Assembly (NCBI RefSeq): GCF_000150275.1
Contig: NW_002060943.1
Location: 1,602,832 to 1,666,831, forward strand
DNA: 64,000 nucleotides
Direction of reading: 5' to 3'
Origin: Trichoplax adhaerens
Taxonomy: Eukaryota; Animalia; Placozoa
Shown here: positions 1 through 21,567 of the stretch, piece after piece
How the letters are laid out: each line of letters begins with the position of its first letter
How positions within the stretch are numbered: the stretch's first letter is position 1
Notes under the pieces: model-generated
Database searches by the model: none
What the model was told of the DNA's origin: nothing
The model's input: only the letters and a program-made list of their open reading frames with translations
Made by a program: the position numbers and the translations under genes

Positions 1-727
1 TTGCGCAGTCTACAGTGCAATACACCATCGTCTCAATCGTGCACAATCCCAGTTTCACTATGGCGATAGCCTGTGGCCTACAGTATATAGTACTGTACAT
101 CAGACGGTCAGAGTACTGAGTCTACAGTACTTGCAGTATGAGCTGACTAGCACATCCACCGTCAAGTACTGCAGCAGTAAAATGCGTCAAATTCCATGTT
201 TACAGTATCGACGTTACCATGACGACAGCCGATACAGGACAGCACACCGTGTACAGTACTACCAAGCTTCATACTGTACAGTATGTACTGTGCAGTACAG
301 CGCGATGAACTTGGTTGGCACTAAGGAAAATAAACGGTATAGGCTAAATCAAGTCCAAAGTAGATCAAATCTTATATCGACATCCTCTTGTCTGTCCCTA
401 TCGATTTTCAACAGGAGTGGTAACAACTTGTCACTTTCATGCCGCACAGTACTGTATGCAACTTGTAGTATCCAGTACTGTACAGTACTGTACTGTACAC
501 TATGGCCTACAGTAGACTTCTACAGTGTACAGTGTACAGTGTACAGTATTAAGATTATCCATTTTAAGATTGTCACAGATGCCCTTTGTACAGTACTGTT
601 TCCATATGGACTCTCCATATGGACCCTGTGCCGTAGCGGACTGACTGTTTCATACTGTACCTACACTCGTACAGTACGTACTGTACTGCATGGTGTGTGG
701 AACATGGATTTACTACACTGTGACCAA

Positions 728-1260
728 NNNNNNNNNNNNNNNNNNNNNNNNNNNNNNNNNNNNNNNNNNNNNNNNNNNNNNNNNNNNNNNNNNNNNNNNN
801 NNNNNNNNNNNNNNNNNNNNNNNNNNNNNNNNNNNNNNNNNNNNNNNNNNNNNNNNNNNNNNNNNNNNNNNNNNNNNNNNNNNNNNNNNNNNNNNNNNNN
901 NNNNNNNNNNNNNNNNNNNNNNNNNNNNNNNNNNNNNNNNNNNNNNNNNNNNNNNNNNNNNNNNNNNNNNNNNNNNNNNNNNNNNNNNNNNNNNNNNNNN
1001 NNNNNNNNNNNNNNNNNNNNNNNNNNNNNNNNNNNNNNNNNNNNNNNNNNNNNNNNNNNNNNNNNNNNNNNNNNNNNNNNNNNNNNNNNNNNNNNNNNNN
1101 NNNNNNNNNNNNNNNNNNNNNNNNNNNNNNNNNNNNNNNNNNNNNNNNNNNNNNNNNNNNNNNNNNNNNNNNNNNNNNNNNNNNNNNNNNNNNNNNNNNN
1201 NNNNNNNNNNNNNNNNNNNNNNNNNNNNNNNNNNNNNNNNNNNNNNNNNNNNNNNNNNNN
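728..1260. other. Assembly gap (N run)
   Basis: Continuous Ns from 728 to 1260. The three ORFs crossing it are artefacts. Confidence 1.
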
Positions 1261-2139
1261 ATGTTCCTAGTTTAGTACAGTCACTATACACTCTAGATGC
1301 AGTCACAGAGGTAACAGTAAAGTCTTTTACTGTATTGTAGAGTGTAGACAGATTTATATCCATTGCACAATATTAGTACAAGACATGGCCGTTCTTCGTG
1401 ACTCCGCCTTTTCCCTCTTCAAGATACAGTATAATAATATACAGTAATACAGTACAGTACAGTAAATAAAAAATAGGCGTAAAAGGTAAATAAACAGTAT
1501 CACATACAGCACACTGTAAAGTACTGTACATCTTCTTCATCGTGGAAAGTCTTCATACTGTACTGTATAAAAATGTACAGTACAGGAGTCCTGTTCATAC
1601 AGTACAATGTACTGTATACTGGACTGTTCCGTACTGTATTGTACAATATTCTAACCATATTGTACTGTACAGTACAGTACAGTATACTGTAGTGTACCGT
1701 TAGACCTGACAGTACCGTACAGTATATTATTGCATATATAACTTTCCATGCGGTAAATCGAACTTTGACCCATGCATGACCTCCGGCCTGTCCTCTTGCT
1801 ATTCAAAGTTAAACTTAAAAATTAACAAAGCGTCAGAGAGTTTTACTACCGTATTCAACGTTGTGCATTGCTATTAAACGTACCCTTAAATTCATATTCA
1901 ATATGGCTTAAACTGAATTGCCATAACAAATGCTGATTAACGAATTCATTATTATTATGAAGTACAGTACTGTATATAATATAATATACTACTGTGTATA
2001 TTAACATAAAAATATTATTATTATTTATTTATTTATTAATAACTTGGAGCGCTTTTAACGCTACAGTACAGTACAGTACTGTACAGTATACTGCATGATA
2101 CTGTACTGTACTGTACAGTGTACAGTAAGCGTGCATAGT

Positions 2140-2490
2140 ACAAAAAGCGGGAATTCTCTACAACCAAGAATCGCCCCGCAAATGTGATTGGCTGATTGAT
2201 TTGATCTAGAAAATCGTGTGATTGGCGATAACAAATGTTTGAGACATTGCGGGCGACGCTAAAAAAATGAGATTTCATTGTTATTCATTGTAATAAACAA
2301 TGATCGCTATGTTGCTTGCATTATGATGTGTAAAGTCGATGACAATGGAGCTATTTTTATCTCCTTGATAAATAACGTACAGTACAGTACTGTAAGCTTC
2401 TACATCAGATCGAATTGGAATTTTTTGGCCAATAACAATCTCCCGTCTGCACAGAATTTTGTTCCGTACGCTTACCAGTGAATGGTAAGG
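2140..2490 (+). promoter_or_regulatory. Putative ACSL promoter and first non-coding exon
   Basis: Locally GC-richer stretch with two ATTGG (reverse CCAAT) boxes (~2186, ~2221) and GCGGGA/GCGGGC motifs, flanked by ACAGT runs. There is a donor-like ATG|gtaagg at ~2485 and a strong acceptor (tttattttacag) at ~4142 just upstream of the ACSL ATG. Confidence 0.35.
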
Positions 2491-4327
2491 GTTGATTTGT
2501 AAATAGTTGATTGCTGATCGAACCGTTTTGTGCGTGATAGTTATCGTTGTTGATCGTTGCATTGTAACGATTGAAAATGTAGTATCTTAGTGCATATTGA
2601 CATTAACTTCATACTGTAAATTAGGGCAAATTTGTTACTACGCTGGAAAAAAGTGTACAAGTACGCTGCTTTCTTTTTAGTAGCATACATACGGTCAAGT
2701 CGGATAGATAACACATGTGCAAGGTCGGTGAAGTCAGCCACGTGCACCTGAAAGGGTTCACTCCTTTCCTTTCTTTGCTTTTCTTTTCTTTCATGCTACA
2801 GTATGTACAGTACATTATGTACGCTATGTACATCACTGTACACACAGTGCTATACTATTGTACGCTACTGTGTAAGTACAAGCGACCAGGTCAGATCCGT
2901 GTGATTCTGTGCTGTATTTTACTATGGAATGTGGTGAACAGATGCAGTCATATGTTTTTATCCTACCGTACTGTTGTTCTGTATGGAGATTTTGCACTGA
3001 ATGTTCGTCCAAAAGTCCGTGGCAAAGATCTGATGACAATGTGATATTGAATAACAGTCAATGAGGATAAAATATCCAAATTGGATGACTGTCACCATTT
3101 CTACCAAGGAATCCTCCTTTGTCTATCACTTTTTGGTGGGGCTGGAAATGCAGAATACAGTATATCATTTTTGGGAACATAATCCATGACATACTGCGCC
3201 ATTGAAGAAGATTGACAGGCCCAGCCCGATTCTGTAAAACTAGAAATTCAATTGTACTGTACCGCCAGTATATGGTATTGTATTGTAATCAGTAGTTCAA
3301 ATCCAATAATAATAGCTCGATTTTCTATTTGCTATGGCAAAGTTCATTCATACTTTATACAATTGAATGGATATGTTTGAAATTTCCATCAGCATTGGCG
3401 ATGAGCTACTGTACAAGTGTACATGACAGAATTCAAGATTGTACAAGAAAATCAATCCATCCAATAAAGTGTAAAAGTCTGTTGTAGTGTTGCTTACCCC
3501 ATATACATTCCAGTAGTGTATAGGACGTCCACTACTGGAATACTGTACTCAATCATGTTGAGTTCAACGATAGATTGACTGCAACATTGTTATTGTTAAA
3601 CGGTACTGTCGTATTGCCCTACCGAGTACAGTACTATTGAATGAATCATTTGATTGATGGTGAATGTGATGGCGTAACGCTGCGAAGAGTCAGGCGATAA
3701 ACAAAAGGAAAGGACTGGCCAGGTTGACTGATTGACAGCAAGCTGGTTGACTACAGTACTATTTACTGTACAGGAGAGGAGAATACTGTAGTTCACTACG
3801 CTCCACTACCATACCGTACTGTACCATACCGTACTGCGCTGAAGTTGGTACACATCACGTTAGTCATTAACACGCCTTTTTACTGTTGCTGTTTTTAGAA
3901 AAGCGAAAACAACAACATTAGAGTAAGGCAGATTGTCAACGTTTCCAAGCTGTGCGTATATGGTTGGATGGTAGCTTACTGTTGTACTACCGCGTATTGA
4001 TAAAGTGAAAAACAACTCTTTTCGTCTTCTCTTGACTTATTCTACAGTAATAACAACAAGCTTTCTTGCATAGTCAACAACTTGTGCCTAACTGGAGTTG
4101 AGTGGTTATTTTCTTTTGGTGGTCTTATTTTTTATTTTACAGCAAATCAATCGCTATCGTGCTGTATTTAGGTATTCAGTAATCAAGGAAAAGCATATTT
4201 GCCCTATTTACGTTCGACGTGGCCATTGAAATAGCAAAATCACAAAAGTGTACCGTCGTTATAACTTGTCTTCTACCTTGATTGTCACACAAATCATAAT
4301 CGTCCATAATCTTTCCCACCATCAGAA

Positions 4328-12354
<8,027 letters not shown>

Positions 12355-13128
12355 AAAGAAAGCAATTTATGTGCATGCCGTTCGATGCATTAATAAGCTA
12401 TAGACGACACAGTAGCACTTCCTTACTGTGTAGAAGCAGCAAATGACAATGTCATTGATATGTTTGTTACTTTATGATATGATAAGGACGTACTCAATTA
12501 CGTTTAGAAATTTCTGGCTGACCAACGAAAGAAATGCGTCAATAATGTATACGTTATTCATTCTAATATATTTATTAATTATGTTTGGGATACAAGCTTT
12601 GTTAATTATTTAATTACTAAAAATCTGTTATCCATATTGTGTAATTTCCTATTGGTATATGTAACATGTCGCTTTGTCATGGAAGATCGAATTACCTGAT
12701 GTTTGAGAATTGCTTGTAGTATTGATTGATTATGTTAGGTTTCGTGGCTCATGATTTTCTGGACCGGTGTACTATTGCATAGTAGATCGCTTATTTCTGT
12801 GCTTTTGATACTAATTGTACCATACGTACCTTGCTGTTACTAGATCCTGCTAAAGCTAAATTAATAAGCTAAGAATCATTTTGCCGTTTCTGTTTGAAAC
12901 ATTAGTAATTAAAACTGAATGCTAGCTTTTTCCTTCACGGTATATAATTTTAACGGAATTTTACGTAGTCTGTAACTCTTTGTCAATGTAATATGCATAG
13001 TTAAATGTTGACAGGATCGAATTCTAAGTTATCTAAACAAATAAAATTATTTAATGAATATTCTCTTTCGATCATTAAGAATAGCTACGTGAAATGAACT
13101 TGCAGTTGTTTTTCAAAACGTGCTGGGC

Positions 13129-13255
13129 CAGGGACAACTAAACCCTCTTGTCCCACTTAATTTTACAGGGAAATTGGAATGCTAGCGATGCAATGTAGTA
13201 GTCAGTATTGAGTGAATTTGCATCGTTTTAGGAGGTGGAGGGTTTGGTAGCCCTG
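13129..13255. mobile_element. Small MITE-like element with imperfect terminal inverted repeats
   Basis: The left end CAGGGACAACTAAACCCTC pairs imperfectly with the right end GAGGGTTTGGTAGCCCTG. There is also an internal inverted pair CGATGCAA/TTGCATCG. No clear target-site duplication. Confidence 0.5.
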
Positions 13256-13674
13256 ACTAGACTTGCTACTTAGTAGTTTACGTTGCTGAAGCACGTGCTT
13301 CTTTCCATTTACTACTGTCTACAGCAAAGGGATGAAACATTTTGCAAAAGATAAAACAATTTATTTATGTAAATCATTACACTAACACCTATAGTCTTGA
13401 AGTACTGAAGATAAACAAAACATATACATTATGAAATAGAGGATTATTACTAATAATTCTAATTTATAATTAAGCTAACCAGAATAATCTTATACGTTGT
13501 GGCGAATTAATCAATATACAGTAATATAATGATTAATATTAGAAGACTACGCATTTATAAACAAAAGTTCGTTATCTACTGTACTGTATATGTGTATTTT
13601 ACATATATTATATACTATATAAAACAACAATTGGCAGGATGCTTTACTATAAAGCGTACGAAATAAATTTGCTA

Positions 13675-16043
13675 TTAATCGCTGAAATTATCTGCAGAAT
13701 TGTTGCCGTCGACGCTTCCAAAGTCATCTTCGTCTCGTACACCACCATCAGGGGCTGGATCATCCGGTGAAAAACTGAATGAATTTATAAAAAAAAATAG
13801 GGAATTTATATAAGAAACTACTCAGCAGCGACTGTAATACGTTAAAGTACAATATGCTTTTTATAACTGTATACTGCATAGGTTCGTAAAAGTAATTTGT
13901 CAATATAAAAGTACTTCAGCAAAAATAAGTATAATTTGTCATACTCTAGCATTGCAGGATCCAATCCTTCTACCGTCATTTTTAATTTGATTGCTTGATT
14001 TGGTATGCCAACACGTAACATACTGAAAAACTTTTTATACCGGGCATCATCTTTAAGTGCGATAAAGTCCCCTGCTTATATAATATAATAAATAATACAA
14101 ATTTATACTCACACCAGTTCCAAAATAACTAATTATTAAAATTAAAGTAACTTCGTGATAGGTCAGCTTTTGCTTATGAAAGCATCAGTATTATTGATGC
14201 ATCTAAGTAATTGAACGTTATTGCATTAAAATGTAATTTCCAACTGGTATAATATACGTATTGTAAATTAAGATAGACCACCACTAACTAGGTACTCTTT
14301 CGGCAGGTGGAATTTTCGCGACTATAATGCATAGGGCAAGGAAAGGGTTAATTAGCAAAATTAATAATGGAATTGATATGGCAAAGATAGCCGTACATGA
14401 TTATTTATTGTAGTACTAACGGCTATAAGATATACCATTATGCTATTTCCTACCTTCAGATTGTTGAATGTTATCTTGTTGTAGGCCTTCGGTAGCCTTA
14501 ACAATAATGTATCGTACATCATTAATGAATGCGCATACGTATTGATCAAATATCACATGTTGCTAATACTAGCGCAGCACATCAAACTTGACTAATGTAC
14601 AATTGATATTACTTTTAAGCTGTAACACGAATTACTACAAAGATATTACCGTAGATTGCTGTTGCTGTATCGTAGATTGCTGTTGCTGTACCGTAGATTG
14701 CTGTTGCTGTACCGTCGGTTGATCCTGAGAATCTGCAGTCACATTTTCTAAGCCTGGCACGGACGATAACTGATCATATAGATAACAGCACACCATTATT
14801 AACATTGGAGAAAGCTTTTAATTCAATAATATTGTAAAGTTATTTTATTGTCAGTCACGCAACAATCTGGTATTTTCAGTAGATATTACTTGCACAGTTT
14901 ACTACAGTAATTAAAAGTTCACATCTTTTCAATTGATGATTAAGTTAGAATGTTGCTAATACGGGTTAAGTGCCCATTTATGGTATATTCTACATCGATC
15001 ATATCGAAACGTGTAACAATGAACAGATAATTTTCTATTTGTGGTAAAGCTGAATCAAAAATGGGGAAACTTGTGGCCCCACATGTACTGCAAATATAGC
15101 ATATCAACATCAGCTGTACTGATTAAACATTGCAGTACAATTGAGAATCAACCTCGCGATAACCGTATCTGAGGATTACATACTGTAACGGAATATGTCT
15201 ATATTGACTACATGACAATAGTGTAGTAAAGCCTTACATAGTTATTGAGCTAATCAATATTTATCAGTCACTTACTTTTGCTTCTAAAACTGCCATGGCT
15301 ACTTCGAGCTTTTGCAATCGCGTGGTAACTTCCTCTAACCTCTGTTAATTATGGAGATGATTTTACTGACTTGAAATTATTACGATTACGAATGGAATAT
15401 ATATGCTTTGCACGTAATATTAGAAATAGGACTACATACCTCTTCATTCACAGAAGAAAAGCGATTCACAAAATTGACCGTATAAGTAATGTAATAATTG
15501 ATATAAGCCAGTAATTTTTTACTATTGATGGGTTTGATCTGCAACAGAAATGGTGAGAAAAGTAGAATAAGTTGATCAGTACTGATGTATCTATACGGCT
15601 AATTGAATTCATTTGATATGACGATTTATACAGTCAATTAGGCATTAATGACAGTCATTTGAAGGTAGATAAAAGTTAGTTATCCTATCAAACACATTTA
15701 TAAAGCATTATTTCTCGCTTCAATTAGTAATTATTGAAATTTATCGCCAAGGGGAATTCTTCTCTTTCATCGTCTGTTCATCATCCTCGCCTCCTCTTGA
15801 CGACAACAAGCTCAAGTTTCAATTTAAACTCCACCATCGATCGATGTAGTTTCCTCAAACTTCATACAGATCAATATCTAGCGGTAATAAGCTGTATGCA
15901 AAGTCTTGACCATCACCATCATATCATCAAGGAACTTTCATTTCCTTCATTTTCAATGCAATATACCATGCCGTTAAAAAGTGAAAACTTACTTTCTGTA
16001 AATCTGTATCGGAAGCCAAGGCAGGAATTCCATCGATCTCCAT
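13675..16043 (-). CDS. WASHC3: WASH complex subunit 3 (CCDC53)
   Basis: Exons 16043-15993 (MEIDGIPALASDTDLQK), 15538-15440 (IKPINSKKLLAYINYYITYTVNFVNRFSSVNEE), 15341-15276 (RLEEVTTRLQKLEVAMAVLEAK), 14769-14650 (LSSVPGLENV...), 14496-14454, a possible 33-nt exon at ~14331-14299, 14071-13945 (DDARYKKFFSMLRVGIPNQAIKLKMTVEGLDPAML) and 13774-13675 (TAA). Phases are consistent and the sequence matches CCDC53 N- and C-terminal hallmarks. Confidence 0.92.
14650..14712 (-). repeat. In-frame 21-bp tandem repeat x3 within a WASHC3 exon ((V/I)QQQQST)
   Basis: cgtagattgctgttgctgta(t/c) occurs three times. Confidence 0.9.
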
Positions 16044-17483
16044 GATTTGAAACTAATTTAAATGCTACCCAATCCAGATTTCAAATATTTAATGTCCACT
16101 TGTGCGGCGATGCCCAGAATTCGTTTGGCCGATGGAGGAGTTTTGACCAATGACATCACGTGATAGGCATGATCTGCCACTTAATAGTCTTGTAGTTTCT
16201 ATGAACATTCAAAACCTTTTACTGATACAGTATAGGGAAAATAATGGTGAATCGGTAGCTTTACTACCGCTATAGCAGGCTAGTTTGTGACATCATTTGT
16301 TGCAATATACCTGGAGTGAATTTAGTGATGGTACCGATTCACTAGCTCATAACTTATACATTCTCATGTAAAATTATGGCTGTCATGACCGAACACTGTT
16401 CTATGCTACAGTGTACAGTACAGTACTGTACAGTACTGTACACTGTGTGTATTGTACTGTACTGTAGCCTAGGACCGTAGAGATGAGGCCAAAATATGGA
16501 AGCTACTTGCTCATTAGTACGAATCTTCCGAGTTGATTTTCTTAATTAAGCATTCTACTTATTGAAAATCATGGATGATGTTATAGGACTACTTTCAAGC
16601 AGAACTCGGTAAAATAGAATAGAATTCAAGTATAATATTACTCCATTGAATGACATGATAATAACAAATAGAAGAGTCCAGTGCGAAGAACAGTCTTGGC
16701 CATCCAGTGGTCCGTAACCAGTACCAGTGTAGTGAGTGTACTGTACTGTATCATAGTCTGTATGGACTACTTGAAGCAGGCATGGACCAATCTCTCTTGG
16801 ACGGACAGACCTTTAGGAGATCAAAATATCATAATATAACAGTACAGTATAGGAAATCCTCGATATGACAGTACTTTAGTATGCAGACGGTCGATTTTAA
16901 ATGGACTGAGATTTTTTCTAAATTCAATAAAATATCACGTTGAATCTTATTATCTGCTAGTAAGTTCCACTTGGACACAGTTATACAAGATGGTCGGTGT
17001 TACTGAAATTGGTACCCGTGATTTAGAAAATAGACACGGAAGATCCACACTTGGTCACTCTTTTTCGTTATTGGCCGTGAACAGGTAGAGCCTTTCGTGG
17101 CTACGAAAAGTCCGTCTGTCTGGAACTGCAAGTCCATAATAGATTGTACACTGTACGGTGGTAGAGCTACCGTACAGTTAAATTGACCATCAAATGAGTT
17201 AGTCTGCTCTTTTGACTCCACTGACTTGGGACTGATCGCCTATTTTCCGTCCCTCTCTCTTTCTGTTTCCAGCCCGGACTGACAGACAGCCACAGGATCA
17301 AAATTCCACCCAAGTTTGATTACTCGATTTCAACACCTTGCCAACACAACGCATCCCAGACTTGACCAGTTGCTATTCGCCATGATGGACAAATGCTATC
17401 GTCTTCCATCATCATTCTCTACGAGTACGGGAAGTTTGCTATCATCGAGTGATTGAATTATTAACGATTGATTATCGTTGGAG
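16044..17483. promoter_or_regulatory. Divergent WASHC3/BORCS5 promoter region with CCAAT, a palindromic E-box and an ACAGT cluster
   Basis: The two ATGs point away from each other ~1.44 kb apart. CCAAT at 16147-16151, ATCACGTGAT palindrome at 16155-16164, ACAGT/ACTGT runs at ~16407-16466 and ~16736-16750. Confidence 0.55.
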
Positions 17484-18047
17484 ATGGGTCAACAGATATC
17501 AAGCGATAGCCCCAGTAGGCAAGGCAAAGGAACGAGTTATCAAGATTCGTATGCCCAAGCCAATACCATGATCACCGTCAATGACGGCTCTCCAGCAAGA
17601 ATGTTAGTCAAGAAGCATATTCAAGAAGATGAAGACTTTAAAGCCTTACAAAAACTACCTAAATTTTCCCCTTTAATGAGAGGCTCTCTCAATTTACCGG
17701 TTATGCGAGATTCTGGATTCCTTAGCAAGATGGAAAGCAAGCATGTTATCAGTTATGTTAATCGCTATGAGGAACATTTAAGATTATGTAGCCAAATGAT
17801 AACCAATGATCAAGTTATGCTAGCTAGTCGAATGAAAGAAATTGATTATTTAATGGATTTAGTGCACAATAAAGTGGCTGAAAGGCAACAAAAGTTAAAT
17901 CATTTCGCAGTTTGTGCTAGGACGATCCAAACCATCGAAAGCGATATTCAAAGGATCCAAAAAAATTTAGAAGATTCCACCGCTTTAGCCGAGCAATTTA
18001 ATGACCTACTACCTGAAGGACATAAATTGGAACCTTTATCACGCTAA
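17484..18047 (+). CDS. BORCS5: BLOC-1-related complex subunit 5 (LOH12CR1/myrlysin), single coding exon, 187 aa
   Basis: Starts MGQQISS, an N-myristoylation consensus (MGxxxS). The segments LQKLPKFSPLMRG, RYEEHLRLCSQMITNDQVMLASRMKEID and DLLPEGHKLEPL align with the BORCS5 family from memory. The true start is the ATG at 17484, not the TTG at 17478. Confidence 0.92.
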   Translation: MGQQISSDSPSRQGKGTSYQDSYAQANTMITVNDGSPARMLVKKHIQEDEDFKALQKLPKFSPLMRGSLNLPVMRDSGFLSKMESKHVISYVNRYEEHLRLCSQMITNDQVMLASRMKEIDYLMDLVHNKVAERQQKLNHFAVCARTIQTIESDIQRIQKNLEDSTALAEQFNDLLPEGHKLEPLSR

Positions 18048-21000
18048 CTTGATAGAATTGCTATACGATGCATACAGTACATTACAAAGCGGTCAATATC
18101 CCCCTAGCAATGAATTGCATCCGGATAGGACACCTTGCTGGTAGCGTAAACCATCTTAAACGAAAAGCCAAACTACTGAGCAACTGTTTATGTCGACGAG
18201 GAAGCATCAATGATCACAACTTGTTTAAAATCGGACTCGAAGTCGCTTACAATAGCATCATCGTTGGTGCATAGATACAGTGCTAAAGGGCTGTCAGTAG
18301 CGCTTGAAAAACCACCGTACTGTACAATTATTAACTACCTATTCAAAATTCCAAACATGTCAGAAATGGAATTCAATGGGTTCAATCAAGATATTACAAT
18401 CCTTTTTAAACCATCAATGCAATGCAAAGCAATCGTGCATGGCAATAAAGTTCACGCAACAAGCACCTATTCCAGATGGAATAGAATACATGTAGTCAGA
18501 ATAGTTTTATACGACTCATTGTTGAAGAACGACTTAGAAAAGAAATAGTGGAAATATTGCAATATCGTCATTCTAATGCCAATAGGATTGTTGATGCAAC
18601 CTCAACGACAGCAACTATCATTGATTTGATCATGGCAATGATAATTGAATGCAAAAGCTCTTACTCTGTAGAAGTTAATAGCCATTGACTGTCATGATAT
18701 CATATATCATTCATTATCTCTACATGTAGAAATGAAATTGGATTGTTTTCCAACTGCCATGGTAGTCTTTATTGTATATAATGTATAATATACCTTGTAT
18801 TTTCTTACACTGTAAATACTCAATCAGTAAGCACTCTACACAATTAGAATATTACTCTACTGCAGAAGAACGACTGCTTTGAACATTGTTTATAATACAC
18901 CTACTAGTTACTTTTGCAGCTTCTCTATTATATAGTATACAAATAGTAACAGTAAGAAAATACGGTATTCTTCAGATTTTCAGATAGAGCTTTATAGAAC
19001 ATATGAAACGCGAACATTAAATTTACTGTTATAGTAATGTACTCTAAACAAAGTCATCGCGATACTATCCCACAGTGTTGGACTGGTCGTAATAAAATTA
19101 TTTTCAATCCAATCTTACCCCGGCCTTTATTTTATATATTGTTTACAGGTCTGAAATACTAACTTGTTTTCGTTCTAATCAATCCTACATGGATACTTTT
19201 CAGGTGGCCGTATCTTCAGATTAAATCTACTTGCTCTAAGATTGAAATGAAAGTAATGTCTTTGGTCAATAAATAGTTAAAGCATGCTTCTATCTATCCA
19301 ATATTGGTTACTAATTTAGATTGTAAATTAATCATATAAAGTATCTAGCTAATTACGTAGCCACAATCATTGCCATACGTACGGCAGAGTTGGCGCTTAC
19401 AACAGACATTGCTGCTAGAAATGACCCAGATACCAAAATCGCATCTATAGTCTTCAAGCTTTAAAATAACCGAAAAATGAGTTGGTAGTAAACTAGTACA
19501 TATGTAATGAGCTACGTTCTCACTTTATCTCTGCTTTTCAATAATAACTGGAACTAGCATCTACCCTTAAATCTCCGTTACTTTGCTATATTACAATGCA
19601 TAAAATAGATTTGAGTCCTTTCGAATATCCATGAACCTCGCTATAAAACTGTACTTCTATATTTAATATCAATCTTTAATAAGCAATCAGTTGGGTTATT
19701 GTGTGCACTTGGACAACAATAAGTTTTAATTCATTTTTTACTATATTAGGATGAATTGCGTGTATAAAGTACCCTACTAATTTTATGATCAGTGTTAAAG
19801 CCATCAGTAAAGTATTCCCTAATAAGGGATAGATGTCGACTAGACCAATGCATTCGAGTTTCCTCATTCAAGATTTTGGATAAATACTAGCATAATTTCC
19901 TTTTGAAAGAATATAGCGAGTATGTAAATCTTTATCCAACTAGTGGCAATCAGTAAAGCCTATGATATATTACAGACTGATGTTACATCAACAAATCAAC
20001 TGCTAGCAGTAAATTAAGTTGGTCAAGTTAATGTCTTATTTCCTCTCTATTATTATGATTAATTATGTAGCACTAATAAAAGAAATATCAAGGTTATGCC
20101 AGATTGAATGGGAGGTCACTACATTATTATTTAATATTTCAATATTGAAATCTTCGTTGGCTGCTTAGCAAAATATTCGTTAACATATGAAAGCAGAATA
20201 TTGCAGGACAATAAGATTGATAATTATACTATATTATCAAAGTTTCGTTTCCTGAGTCTATAATGCTTGATTGTTAGATGGTCGTATTTGTGGCAAAAAT
20301 ATTAATATAGCTATATTTATTAAATATATTAAATGATACCGATTTTATTATATTTGCGCTATTCTTGTTTGTTTGAAGATCGATACTGAATTATGGCTTA
20401 ACTATTGCATCAATAGAAGAAGTTGATAGCTATACTTAAATTTATCATTACAATATTTATTATATTGCAATGAACTTTCGCTGCGTTTTGTTAGGACTTA
20501 GATGATATATTAAAACCCATAATACATAGATATGGATGAAAATTATGTCCTTTACAGTATCTGGAAATCTTTGCATAAATTTGATTTCGTAACTAGTGCT
20601 AACGAAAAGACTGCAAAGAAGTTCATTAAAATAAATATGTTAAAATTTGTTCTTGATATACCTTAGACTTACCAGCAATAGCTAAATGCTGTTTCATGAT
20701 TAGTCATGAATCACTGCATAAGTAATTTTCAATAAGTTTAGACCTATACGGTTAGCCAAATTTAGATAATTAAATCTAATTGAAATCTTATCTAATCTGT
20801 CTGCAAATTTTTATTAATAATTTTCTTTTATTATACTTGTATTACGGACAAGCATTTTATTTTAAAAATGCAGCACAGACGTTGGTCAATTTAAAATGAT
20901 AAAATTATTCGATAGCAGAGTCCTTTATGATTAGTGTATTTATAATTTTGACTGCACTGTCATAAATATAATCTAATTATACTAGACATGCTTATTACTT

Positions 21001-21217
21001 TAAATGGATATCTTTCTAATTATTGATGAAATCTTATTTAAGAGCTTAATGTCAACTTTTTTTTAAATTACTTTCAACAACAAATGTCTAATATGAAATT
21101 TTTTCTTTTGTTAGCTATAATTTTTGTCTTCCATGCAAATGTTGGCCATTACCTGAATATCTGAAATTTTTAACGTCACTCTTTGAATAAAGAACCTATT
21201 TAAAATTCTGTACGACT

Positions 21218-21330
21218 CTATAAATACCGTGATTGCTTCTCCTATCTCTAAACTAACTTGTCAAAGGTAAAATCCAAAGATCTTGTTGTCCATTCTAGAA
21301 GAAAGAAAAACGTACATATCTCGCGGCAAG
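21218..21330 (+). promoter_or_regulatory. TATA box and probable non-coding first exon of knottin precursor 1
   Basis: TATAAATA at ~21218, donor-like CAA|gtaaatt at ~21330, and an acceptor tag at ~21565 directly before the ATG at 21568. Confidence 0.5.
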
Positions 21331-21567
21331 TAAATTAAGATAAGATTAGCATTGAAAGTTACCACATAAATTATATTATCTATCATAATATTTCGTTATT
21401 TGCAGCATTGGTACTGATAATATCGAAGACAAGTAAATAATTTTATGCAATATAGTAGCATCTTTATGAGCAGTACTAGCTATGGTGATATTTCAATACA
21501 GTACTGTACAGATGAAATATTTTTATGTCTACTTAGCTATCGCAACTTTGAATTCCTTACAATAGTC

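Noticed and set aside
131-1363. Long ORFs spanning the N gap
   Set aside because: Their length comes from Ns, and the translated part is ACAGT-repeat low complexity (TVQYS/YCTVL).
2036-3796. Several 60-110 aa ORFs upstream of ACSL
   Set aside because: Repeat-derived composition, no recognisable domain and no consistent exon structure.
15734-16045. 103-aa plus-strand ORF
   Set aside because: Antisense to WASHC3 exon 1 and intron 1, with a non-ATG start and no homology.
18068-18548. Overlapping ORFs downstream of BORCS5
   Set aside because: Probably BORCS5 3'UTR; no recognisable protein features.
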